A stretch of DNA of 64,000 nucleotides from Phoronis australis (lineage: Eukaryota; Animalia; Phoronida): contig NMRA01000046.1 of the NCBI GenBank assembly GCA_002633005.1, positions 321,028-385,027 of the forward strand, written 5' to 3'. Under the pieces are notes generated by a model. It worked only from the letters and a program-made list of their open reading frames with translations, had not been told where the DNA came from and ran no database searches. The stretch's first letter is position 1. Each line of letters begins with the position of its first letter. Of this stretch, positions 38,601 to 50,600 are shown in pieces. Both the position numbers and the translations under genes were made by a program.

Positions 38601-41600
38601 AGTTTTTAAAAGCACAAAACACTGCTTTTGTCAGTTTTTGTTGCGAAAACAGACTCTTGATAAGACAACTATCATGTGCATATTTAGGCCCATGTGCACA
38701 TTTAGGCCCATGTGCACATTTAGGCCCGTGTGCACATTTAGGCCCGTGTGCACATTTAGGCCCGTGTGCACATTTAGGCCCGTNAAGTGGTTTAAAATTT
38801 CCTTACATAGTAAGTCCTGCATTGTGCTCTGTTCCAACTCAGTAGCTGGCTGTGAGGGCATCAGTGAATTGTCATTCTATGTCTGCGTTCTGTAAGACAT
38901 AAAGTTGCAAATTTGTAATGACTGTCTCAGGATTATTTGACATGACATTTTGAAAAAGCCAGAATTTAACAGCACTTCGTAATTCTTTAGGCCATAATAA
39001 TGTACATATTGAGACTATTTCAGAAACACCTTGTTTGCTTTCAGACAATCAAAAAACCATTAGACCCCAACCGGTGTGAGAGCTGTTATGGTGCTGAATC
39101 TCCTCAATTGAAGTATGTTGTTATTATTTAAACCAGTTTTTAAAAGCACAAAACACTGCTTTTATCAGTTTTTGTTGCGAAAACAGACTCTTGATAAGAC
39201 AACTATCATGTGCATATTTAGGCCCGTGTGCACATTTAGGCCCGTGTGCACATTTAGGCCCGTGTGCACATTTAGGCCCGTGTGCACATTTAGGCCCGTG
39301 TGCACATTTAGGCCCGTCTGCACATTTAGGCCCGTGTGCACATTTAGGTCCGTGTGCACATTTAGGCCCGTGTGCACATTTAGGCCCGTGTGCATATTTA
39401 GGCCCTTGTGCTTGTATTTGAACTTGCGCCTAAATCTGAAATTGGATGCATGCGCCTTTACGTGAACCATTTGAGTAAAACCATGCTTGAAAATGAAGTG
39501 GGAATGTGAGTGTACCCCATTTTGTAATATTCTCAGCTATTTGGCTTATGGATTGTAATGAAAAATTTTGAGATTAAAGTAGGCTGACAGTTGAATACTA
39601 TCGACTTTTCGCTGATTTTATTCAAAGAGATTATTGAATGATTTAAGCCAATTCTTTGATACCCGTGTTAAACTAGGTCACAACCTCATCGCATAGATAT
39701 TGATAAATAGGCGCATCCATTCTTCCCTTTGTTTTTCTTTCTTATAGTGAAGATAATGGCAAGCATTTACTGGTAACTGTCTGATGTACGCCCAAGGTGC
39801 GATATCCATGCGACCTGTATTATTATTAAAAAGTGGACGATCGCCGCACAAATAAAAAAGCTCATGTTCAATCGACGTTTCGTCTATTCATCAGACATCA
39901 TCAGGATCATATTTACAACAATTGTTATGTCAAATAAAGACCCAACAAAGGAAAACAATAGAAGTGTCCCATAGGCGATAACCATGCTATGTGCTTACGC
40001 CCGTCACATGGATCTCTCAAATTAAACAATACCTTGTGACCTGCATACGATGTCCTTTGACATGGGTTCTCTTTTAACATTATGTACTATTCAGGTGTGG
40101 TTTAATTAATAATGTTAATTTCATACACCCTAATGCAACAGTTAGTCACTGAATAGGACTTAACTGTTGTTCCTTCTAGTTATGTAAAACTTTACAAGTG
40201 AGCCTTACAAAAGTCATTCTATAGGACTTATAATCTGGGAAATAGCTGTCAAGTTCCATAATTAAAAATGTTTCACATGGCAAGATATGTGTGCACTAAA
40301 AGCAATATGGCATTTTTTAACTGCTAATTTGGAAATGGTGCACTATATGTCATTCTGTTAGTACATGATTGCCAGTTGTGTGTGACTTTAAGGGCTATTA
40401 GTTAAAAATTTAGATTTCTTGTTTAGTAAGAGACACTGGCATAAAATGACCCTGCATTTACTGACAGTTATTGTTTGCATTTTTCAGAGTTCATTGCATC
40501 ATCAATTGCTTTATGATGTAACATTTATAAATACTCAAAACGAAGACTAATGTTTGTGTCAAGTGTTGAAGAAAAAAAGGTGTTGAAGGAACGCCTATCA
40601 CATGAGCTATTAACAATGCCTTGAACTGATATATCAGACCTAACTGTTGACTGGCCCAGCGAAGCACATGCCCCAAGGACTATTAAAGTGGCCTCATTGA
40701 CAACAGTGTTGTATGTTTGAGATCAGCATCAAGATGGTTTAGAACCCATGAACTCAGCGGTCATAGTACAATGCTTTGCTAGCTAAGCATTTCAAATGTC
40801 ACCAGCCTAATTTAGCTATAATCACAAAAACACATTATGGACGTTGCTATGTTATGGCTCTGGTGTAAGATAATAACCTCAAAAAGTCTACCTTATCCAT
40901 CAATAAACCCACAAATGTGTTTTTTGGTCCTACTTACGATTCTCCATTTAACAGTTATTCACAAATGCTTAAAGCGCATAGTTCCCTGACTCATGGAAGT
41001 GTACAAAAAGTGAATGTTTTTCTTGTGGTATGTTTTCCATCTTATTCGTTTGTCTGTTGAGCTTAATTGCTTCCACAATAAAGTGGCTGCATGTTATTAA
41101 AGAATTGTGGCAATGTTAAAGCTGTTGGATGTTTCATAATTTTTTGTGATATACTAAAAAATACTGATACAATGTAAACACTGGAATTTATGTCTTTTTT
41201 TCATCACCATTTTCATGATGTCAAAACTCTACGTTAGCATTATGGACATCTTGTAAAAATGGAGATAATTGTGATCTGTAGGGGGACTTCTCATTGATTT
41301 CAAACCAGTCAGGTCAAGTCGTATGGCTGCAGCTGGATATAAAATTGCTTAGCAATCATGTATAAAGTAATTGATTCCAGGTGTTGTAACACATGTGACG
41401 ATGTGAGAGAAGCCTACAGAAGAAAGGGTTGGGCATTTACAACAGGCGAGAACATTGAGCAGTGTAAGAGGGAAGGTTGGTCAGACAAGGTGAAAAATCA
41501 ACAGAATGAGGGATGCCAGGTTGTTGGGCATTTAATGGTCAACAAGGTGTGTCTTAAAGAACTCATTAACGTTTGCCCTTAAGTTGGTAACTCACTTGTT

Positions 41601-44600
41601 ATTTTGTTTGTAGCAATGTCATCAAAGTTTATAAAGTTGTTGCCAAAATCTTGAATTTTGTTTCCAGCTCCTCACCAGTGTTTAGCATTCGCAGCACATT
41701 CATCTGCAAGTACTGTGGTTCTTAAATGTCTCAGCACATCTTCAAAATAATCATAGAATGTTTGGCTCTAGCTGTGGGTGTTTGAAAATTAATACAGTAT
41801 TTCTTAGTTGCATATTTTTCAAAAACAAAACTCTTGATATCAGCTATTCTGTGGTGTGGTAATGCTTTTTTTTTCTCCAAGTTCAGCTTCAGTGATGGAG
41901 TTGACTGTACATGTCTGGTTATATGCTTTTCAGTTAAGTAAAGAGGATTTCATCACTGTCACTGGTAATCTCCCAATATTTGTCCTCTGACTACTTAAAG
42001 AAACCCTAAGAAGTAATAACCATTAGTCAAAATGCTGTGGACAAAAAAGGAAAAATATACACAATGCTACTTGCTTGGTAACGAAATTGTTTAAAACGAT
42101 GCAGGTAGTTCAGACATGATGAATTTGTTGTTTTTGACTGCTTAATGAATGCGATGGGAGATCCCATTACCAAAAAGTCCATCCCAAAACTTAGCTAGGA
42201 GCTGTGGAGTTGTCCAACATCAATATAAAATTGTGATCAATGATTTTAAGTTCAGTTCAAATGTAAAATCACATCTTAGCTGACATGGTGGGCACATTGC
42301 AATATGGCAGAGGTTTAAAAACAAGATCGATGAAGATTTCCTTGGTTTCCACAGTGGAACATCGCATGAGCAAGAATAAAATTCGAAGCAAAGAAGTCCC
42401 AGTTGAGATGCTTGCACATTGTATGTTATGAGTGACATTACCTTATATGACTATATATTACCATCATCTCTACCTGATCTTCCAGCATTCACTGCTTTAT
42501 CTCCTAAGCCCCTTGCAGGATCTTCATAAAATTTAGTTGATGAGTTCCTGTGAAGCTCATGGCAGATGATGAGTTTCAAACAGATCCAAAGATCAGTGTG
42601 CTCTTAGTTGCACTTTAATTTTTATGGTTGCCTCTGTGTTCTCAATAAATTTTTCTAAAATTGGCAAATACATTTCTACTGAGACAATGGCAGGTTCCTA
42701 ATTTCGGACATATTCAACATATTCTGAGCCCCCTAGAGGCCATGTTTATTACTATAGAGTCTTCCAAGTTTTTGGCGTCTGCTTCTCTGGGACATTTTAA
42801 AAACAATTCCCAATAATGTTTTGGAGAACAGTGCATAAAGCAATAGNTATTTGAAAGTTTCATGTGTACCCGCACTGCCGTCTCCGAGATATGTTGTTCC
42901 AAAGTTAGCCTAAATTGACATATCTTTTTCGGTTTCTGCTTAGCTACATCAAAAAAATGAGGGCGCTGACCAGAACACACGCGCACGCACGCACACACTC
43001 TGAGGGCGCTGACCAGAACACGCGCACGCACGCACACACACACACACACACACTCACACACAAAATAGAAGTACTGCTTCAGACTGTAATATTGGTGATG
43101 GAGTGCCAGAATAATGCACAGCGTTAATATATCATCATTTTCTGTTTGTGTAGGTGGCTGGAAATTTTCATTTTGCTCCAGGAAAAAGCTTTCAACAAAA
43201 TCACATTCACGGTAAGTTGTGTTCAAAGGGTGATAAACCCATGTTTTCAGTCCCTGACAGCCAGTTACTGTTTTCAATCAGTCTCTCTCATCTTGAGAAC
43301 TCACAGGTCATTACTGCTTCAAATCAGGTCCGTACGTTGCTTACCATGTGTTATATTGTAACCAATTTTAATAAGAACATGATGACATTGCTTTGGAGGA
43401 GCTCATACGGCTGACCACAAAGACAGGGTTTGTAGCTGCTTTATGGTTTATTGTAGTTTTGTTTGTTAAGTTTAATGTTTTCATTCCTTGAATCGGGAAT
43501 TTTACAAGCCTCTATGCTAGACATGCATTAACCCATCATTATCGGAATGCTTAGAATGTATTTCTGTTATATTGGTCCAATGACAATAACTCTTGTGTAA
43601 TAAGTAAGTATTGAACAGTCAACCTGTATTATAAAATAAGTAAGTATTGAACAGTTAACCTGTATTATAAAATGCCCAATTCATCGTATGTGTTGGCTTG
43701 AAATGTGCCACTCCACAGACCCCAAGTTGTTTGGTTATAGTGTACTTTAGTTACAATAAATGTGCCACTCCACAGACCCCAAGTTGTTTGGTTATAGTGT
43801 ACTTTAGTTACAATAAATGTGCCACTCCACAGACCCCAAGTTGTTTGGTTACAGTGTACTTTAGTTACAATAAATGTTTTACAGAAGTTCCTGGAGTGTA
43901 ATAAAAAATCACCCATTTCTGCTATAGGCATTATCATGATCATGAAGGTGGGCAGCGACATTCAGCTTTGTCAAAGTCTGCTCCTCCCTGGTCACCATCA
44001 CATTCACTCCCCAGTCGAGGCTGGAAGTTGTGTACACCACTTCCTATAGCCCTGGTTTGTAAGTCATGAGAGGTGATCAACAGATGATGTGGTAAAGTAA
44101 TGAAATAAATACTTCTTTTCTTTCAGTTCATGACCTGCAGGCATTTGGAGGACAATCAGTAAGTACAGTACAAGACAAAAGTAATCAATAGGCCATGTAG
44201 AGTACAAGACAAAAGTAATCAGACAAAATACTGATTTCCCATCATGACAACTGACTCAGTTAACAGCAATGGTAGTAACTATGGCAACAAAATTCTAATC
44301 ATAAATGGCTTACCCACCATACAAACTTTCCTGTAAACTCCCCTTCGTGCTCAGTCACGAGGGGAGACTACTGATGGTGAATCCGGCTTCCACCGAGCCG
44401 TCGTGACAGAATCCTGGGTCATTTTGTCCGAATACTTTTGGCTTCTACTGTTAGAAAATGGATAAAAGAATCTAAATTGATCTGTAACATGACAATGATG
44501 CCTTGCATTTCACGAAACTTTTGGCAACCTGAACACCCTACAAGATCCCATGGTATCGCTGAGTAAAACAAAGCTGTATCTTAAATTATTTAATTTTTCC

Positions 44601-47600
44601 ACTCATTACAGTAAAATCGTTTGACTCGTTCACCTTGTGTGTTTCAGTTCAATCTCAGCCACATTGTGGGCCATTTGTCTTTTGGCAAAGACTACCCAGG
44701 CATGGAGAATCCTTTAGATGGCGTGCATGTAGTGGCAGAAAAGTGTGAGTAGATCTGCCAGAGATCAGCAACCGCTATCAATATAGTATGTTTGTATTTG
44801 TTCATGTTCTTTATGTGCCAGAATTTCTAGCACCTTATTCCTGTTCCTATAGCCATAAATGTTCCAAATGTCCCTCCGCCTTGCAGCATTGATTTTCCAA
44901 CTGTTGATAGAAGCTCTCTACCTCTAAGACCAAACCTGCAATACAAAAATACTATGTTATTGTACAAGATGAAATCACTTCAAACACAAACTGTTGCTGA
45001 AACAAATACACAAGAATATAGTTATTGACCAAGCTGATGGCAGATGTCACTAGAGTAAAATACAGCATAAGGACAACAAGGAAGCACTGTCCATCGCAAC
45101 GTTAACTATTCATTTGAACATGGTCTGTCTGTGAAATTTATATCCACAGTTAACATTCACAACTTTGGCAAATATTACATCTATAACTCATCAATACTAA
45201 CAGTGAAAGCATATTCAGTAATGTAGTTTGATTATGTCACAAACACAGACAGTTAAAATCGACTCATTTGTTAAATTTGGATCACAAATTCTGATTCTTA
45301 ATAACAATGGATTTCCAATGTTTGTTGCAAGCAAATTGTACCGTGATTGCAGTTTTGTAAGTTCTAAAAATGGGACAGTAATGATTCTAAAGTTGAGCAA
45401 TTAGTCAAAATGTAAGTATAACTCAGTTTGTGTGGTCCTATACATGGTTACAAATTGAGACTTGCAGTTGAAAGCCAGGATCCAATTTATTTAGAGCTTA
45501 ACTTTTTAAGGTATTTAAATAATCAAATTTGAAAAAAAAAATGGAAACGGCAACCATTAAGAGGCCACGGAAATAGTCCCAACAGTTTGATTAATGGGTT
45601 TCTCTGTGAAAGAACTAGCATGTCAGTTAAGGTGTGCAAGCAAAGAATTGTGTCTGAAAGGCAAATAGGTGCGAGGGAGAATATGTGTCCTTGAGAGGGG
45701 AATAGTGTGCATGAGTGAATTTTGTGTGCAAGTAGGTCACTGCCTCACACAGGCAAACAAGTCTAGATACCTTGAATATGTAAATTCTAATTCTAGATGT
45801 CTGGAATTAATTATCTAAAAAAACACAAAGTCTACTTTGTGTGATACCTAAACAAGAACAGACTAAATGAAAGCTTAATTTACTGCACAAAAAATTGAGA
45901 GTAGAATTTGGTAAACAACATTTTGAAATTGATCTGGCTTTCTCTACTCTTTTGGACTGCAAAATAAATAGCCAATACCATTGCCACAATAGAAGTATGA
46001 GTGAGAGTTTGACAAAGTAAAAGCAGCCTGTTTACAGTTTTTAAGCCATCACATCAAATGCTTACCTTAATGCAGAAAATCCACCAAAAAGAGCACCAGA
46101 AGCCATTCCTACTGCGAAGCCAACACTAAAGCCCATCTTGACCTTATCAAAGCAGCTTGGTCTCTGACCACCGGTGTAACCGACTGGAGGGTTGACTGGC
46201 ATCCTGGGCAAAAAGCATCACCGTTCAGCACGTGTGCAATTTGCAATGACATAAAGTAAATAACAGCTAAACATTTATACTCATCCTTCTCACTAAATGT
46301 TTCTTCCATCATTTTTTGGCCATGGTAAGATTAAAAAACATACAATCGCCGCACAAATAAAAAAGTTCATGTTCATTCAACGTTTCATCTATTCATGAGA
46401 CATCATCAGGATAATAAATACAGTAAGACAGCAAGTGTCGAATACCAGTCAAGTCACATCCATGCAGTGAAATGAGAGTAGCAAAAGATTTCTGTAGAGT
46501 TCCATAAAGGTTATGGCAGACAAGTTAAATATATTTTTGACACAAGAATATTGGGAAAAGGCAAGATCATGCAAAGCCACTGTCGCAAAAATGGCCACCA
46601 CTAAAGTGATTGATGGGTGAGGTGGGGAAAGATTTCTTGCCAAGTCTTGAGTCAACAGAACAGGGTACTGGTCTGTTTATACAAAATACTTGAATGAGTT
46701 TGTATTAAAAACTCTGGCACCCTGTACGAATTTATTTCACTGTTTCTCAGAGGCGACGATATTGCCGACACATCTTGCTTAATATTAGACATTCATTTTA
46801 TGGTGAGTATGATGCATCATCAGATCCAAGGCGTGGTCCAGCAAAGACACTTGACTCGCTGTTACTCCTGCTGAGTACAGCCAGTGCTTAGTAAGTGGTA
46901 TTAATGATTTAAAGCCTAATGGAATAGCTCAATCAATTTTCTTTTTTTTTACTAATAAAATATGCAACTTAATAGGTCACCTGAGTGACCTGACTAAAAT
47001 GTGTGACTTGGGTCATATGTAAACATTGCTGTCAATACACGGTTTTAACATGCGGCCAAGTACATTGAACTGTAGGCGATACCACATCCTAATCAATCTT
47101 GTACGCCAGATTTTCTGCAAATTACGCTAAACTATCTGAGTTACCTTACTGTATGTATCTTTCAATTGTAGATGGGTGCACGTGGAGGCAGTTGGAGTCG
47201 TTAAATTTTTCCAACTCATAACACTCCCACAATGAATATTTTTTCTGGCAATAAAACTAAAGACTGAACGTACAGTCAATGTACACGAGGTCAAACAGAA
47301 ATGTACAGAGTTGTGGGGATGTCACCTGTCTGCTAGCCATGCCATGAGGTGGCAGCACAGACAGGGGACTTGTGTACATCTCTTCAGGTGATCCAAGGAG
47401 ACTTTTGGAGGCAGTTGCAATCTTTATTTACTCCTACAACATGAACAAATACTCCCGCAACCAGCGATCAACATTTTCTATATAGTCCTTTATTCTGTCA
47501 ACAAAATTGTGAATTTAGCCATTCTGTTGTGATTGCGTCACTCCACAAATACTCTCATTATCAACATTTTTTCAAACAGTTTTTCATTCCCTTCAAAAAC

Positions 47601-50600
47601 CATGAACTGAGCTACTTCTGGTGTCATTGCATCACTGCTTGCCTGTCTACACTATAGCATGTAAAGTCTACACTATAGCATGTAAATTTTTAAACACATC
47701 GTCGTCGACCTCCATGACCTCGGGAGTGAGCCGATGACTGAGGCACTGTGATCTGTTAGTTCGCCAGTTTTCGAAACTCTTACCAAGGTGACCATTCTAT
47801 TTGTCAATGATTTTTTGATGAAAAACGGACGTTGAATAATGTAAGGTACTGGTGTATTGAAACCACTTGCTTTCGGTCTCGTCTCAAGACCTTTGTCAGG
47901 TGGAATGGCGGGTAAATCAGCAGACTGAGTGGAGGGGAGCCTCGCCTTTGTCTATTAAGCCATCATTGTCGTGTGATGTGACCTCTGTCAGATCGTCGGA
48001 AATATGTTATGGTAGATGGCGGGAAGATTGCAGCCGGAGTCTCTGTTGAGTGATGAAGCATGCCAGCAGTTTGATTTAGGAATACGGGAGTACTAGTCAC
48101 TCTACAGTAGCGAGTACTAGCATTTCTAGCCAGCCAGCTATTTTTGAAGACTGTCGTCAAAATACAGCTAGGTACCACTGCGTGTATTTCTTCCGTAGAC
48201 CCCGAAATTGCCCACAGCCAGGGTAGTTCTGCTAGTCACCTCGCCGTGAAACTTGTATCAACATGTAAAGCTAAAGACCGGACAGGGTCCATGCAAAATC
48301 TGGGAATTAACCGACACTCACCTTGCCCGTTACAGCCGTTTAAGTGAAAAACAATGCAATAAACGTAATTTTCTTGCGTTACTCTCTGCCTTTTCTAACA
48401 ATGAAAAGTATGTCATCGTTTTGAAAACAGTACGCTCGTGTCACGCGCACGCACCATTTCCTAAAGTTTCGTGACATCTCTCGGGAGATGACGATAACTT
48501 GGCAGCAGCAAAATTTGTTCTGAAATTTGCTTTTTCGGTATAGTTGACTGAAGAATCGGCAAAAAAAGAAACTGGACAATACGTGATGCAATATTTCATG
48601 GCGCCGAAAGTCGACGCAGAAAGTCGCTCCTCAATTGCTCAAATGACTTCAGCAGCAGAATAACTGTAGAACACCATTTTTTCAACACCGTTAACTAATC
48701 TAATTTACTCAAGGAAGACTGTAGTTTTTAATGACACTAATTTTGTGTCAGATTTTATCTTACCATTTATTTACCCACATCGGTGCAAAGCAGTATATTT
48801 AGTATACAGCACAGCTTTGTACCAAGGCCAAGGGCAAGGACAAGGTTAAAGCATTTCAAGTTAGAGTTGGAAGGCCGTGTCCCTCTATGGCTCTATGCGC
48901 AAGGTTTATAACAACGATGATTTAATCATCGTGAGGCATAATTCGCCAAAAAGCTTCCGACGTATTAGGCAATGACCATCGCATGAAAGGCCAATGTGAC
49001 GGCCACTGCCTCTACTGTTGTTAGTTGAGACGTTGGCACTGTCAAGCCTACTTCATCAGTACTAGGTGACGGTCTTGGTTGGAGTTGGGACTGGACTAGA
49101 GTCACAAGTTCACAGTGACATAGTGCTCTTGCCATAAACATTTTTGCGTAAACACACTCCCTGGAATTGTAAATTAAACGTAGATTGAAGCGTGTACCTT
49201 TGTTGTCGTGTATCGCCTTGTCACTGTCCGTAAATAACGCCGTTTGGTCGTTTAGGAAAAACGTGACATGAATCTCTTTCAATGACCCATGTTTCCCATG
49301 ATGCAATGGTTCTACTTCCTGCGCAGTGGCTTTGTCACTTAATGTCGGTTAGTAGATTTTTAAAATGGAAAAGATGTCTTGCCTGAGTCAAGTCATAGTA
49401 CTTGAAGTATGTCAGATGTTTTTATTGCTTATTTTTGTTAATTGTGGTTGAGTAATAATGTCTTTGTTTCTAATATATAGAAATTCACTGAGTATGGTCG
49501 ATTGGCCAAGTGGTCTAGTGGTATGATTCTCGCTTCGGGTGCGAGAGGCCCCGGGTTCGACTCCCGGCTTGGCCCAAATTTTTGCATTGCTGATAATCCC
49601 ACAATATACTGTAGTGGTGAGTGTATGATCTTTAGTCTTGAATTTCAGTGACTTAGACCACAGAATAAACAAAAAATGTAATATAACACCTCAAACAAAA
49701 TTAATAATAACAATGAGTACCGATAGACTGGGAATTCAAAGTAAAAAATAATCTAAAAAAGACGATTGATGTGCTGTTGGCTGGGAAAAGTATAACAATA
49801 CCATATACGGTAATACAGGTATGTACATAGTGGTCTGTTCTACATAATACATATATTACCTGAAAATTAGTTAACAATAAATAGAAAGATGAATAATTAC
49901 ATTAATAAAATGAATAAATTGATACAATAAAATATTCCTGCCTAACAAATAAGTTGCGGACATATTCAAAGAAGGATTACTATAAGTTGACTGAGCAGGT
50001 AAATGGTGTACATTTATAACATACGGTTAATTTTTGAAATATAAAGAGGTGTTAGAGTCATCGTTTGAGACTTTTTGGTGTTAAAGTTTGAAATGTCCGA
50101 TTTTTTGTTATACAAATTATACCAGGGCCTACTCGTTTGTTTCATTACAACGAGCCTTTGTCCGCTATTGCATTACCCCTATTGCCATCAAAAGGGCATT
50201 TTTGATTTGGAACTGGTGAGATGACTTTAGTCTGCCTTGTTAAGTCAACACTAGCAATTATCTAGTCAGATTATTTGTAACCACATGCGCTATTCTGAGA
50301 AGAAAGTAACATGTAACATGACATTGTTTTGTAATATCGTGGCATCAAAAACAATGCCTGGCTTTTGATAACTGTTCTTTGTTTCTACTGCATCCCTTTC
50401 TCATAAATTATCTCTTTGCCAAACTATTTTGAGCCAAATCAGAAAATGTATGACGTTGTATGGTAGTTTAGGTGAGCTGACTCGTTGACTCGCCACGTGG
50501 TGGCTGGGCATGGAGGACACGGAGGAAGCTGGAATCAGCAGAACCCACAATGTTGTGTTCAATAGCACTTGCATTTGTATCAAAGCAAATTTTTTACACC

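Noticed and set aside
38251-39317. 534-bp tandem duplication containing two identical ERGIC3 exon-5 copies (possible mutually exclusive exons)
   Set aside because: The copies join exactly at an N (38784) inside a minisatellite and differ at only a few sites, so this is most likely a contig overlap or haplotype artefact. Including both would frameshift.
38674-39412. Regular repeats and periodic ORFs (CTFRPV)n suggesting CRISPR or a repeat protein
   Set aside because: No spacers; eukaryotic intronic minisatellite.
42714-43277. 187-aa minus-strand ORF
   Set aside because: Spans an N and a (CA)n/(GCAC)n microsatellite, antisense to ERGIC3 exon 7; no protein features.
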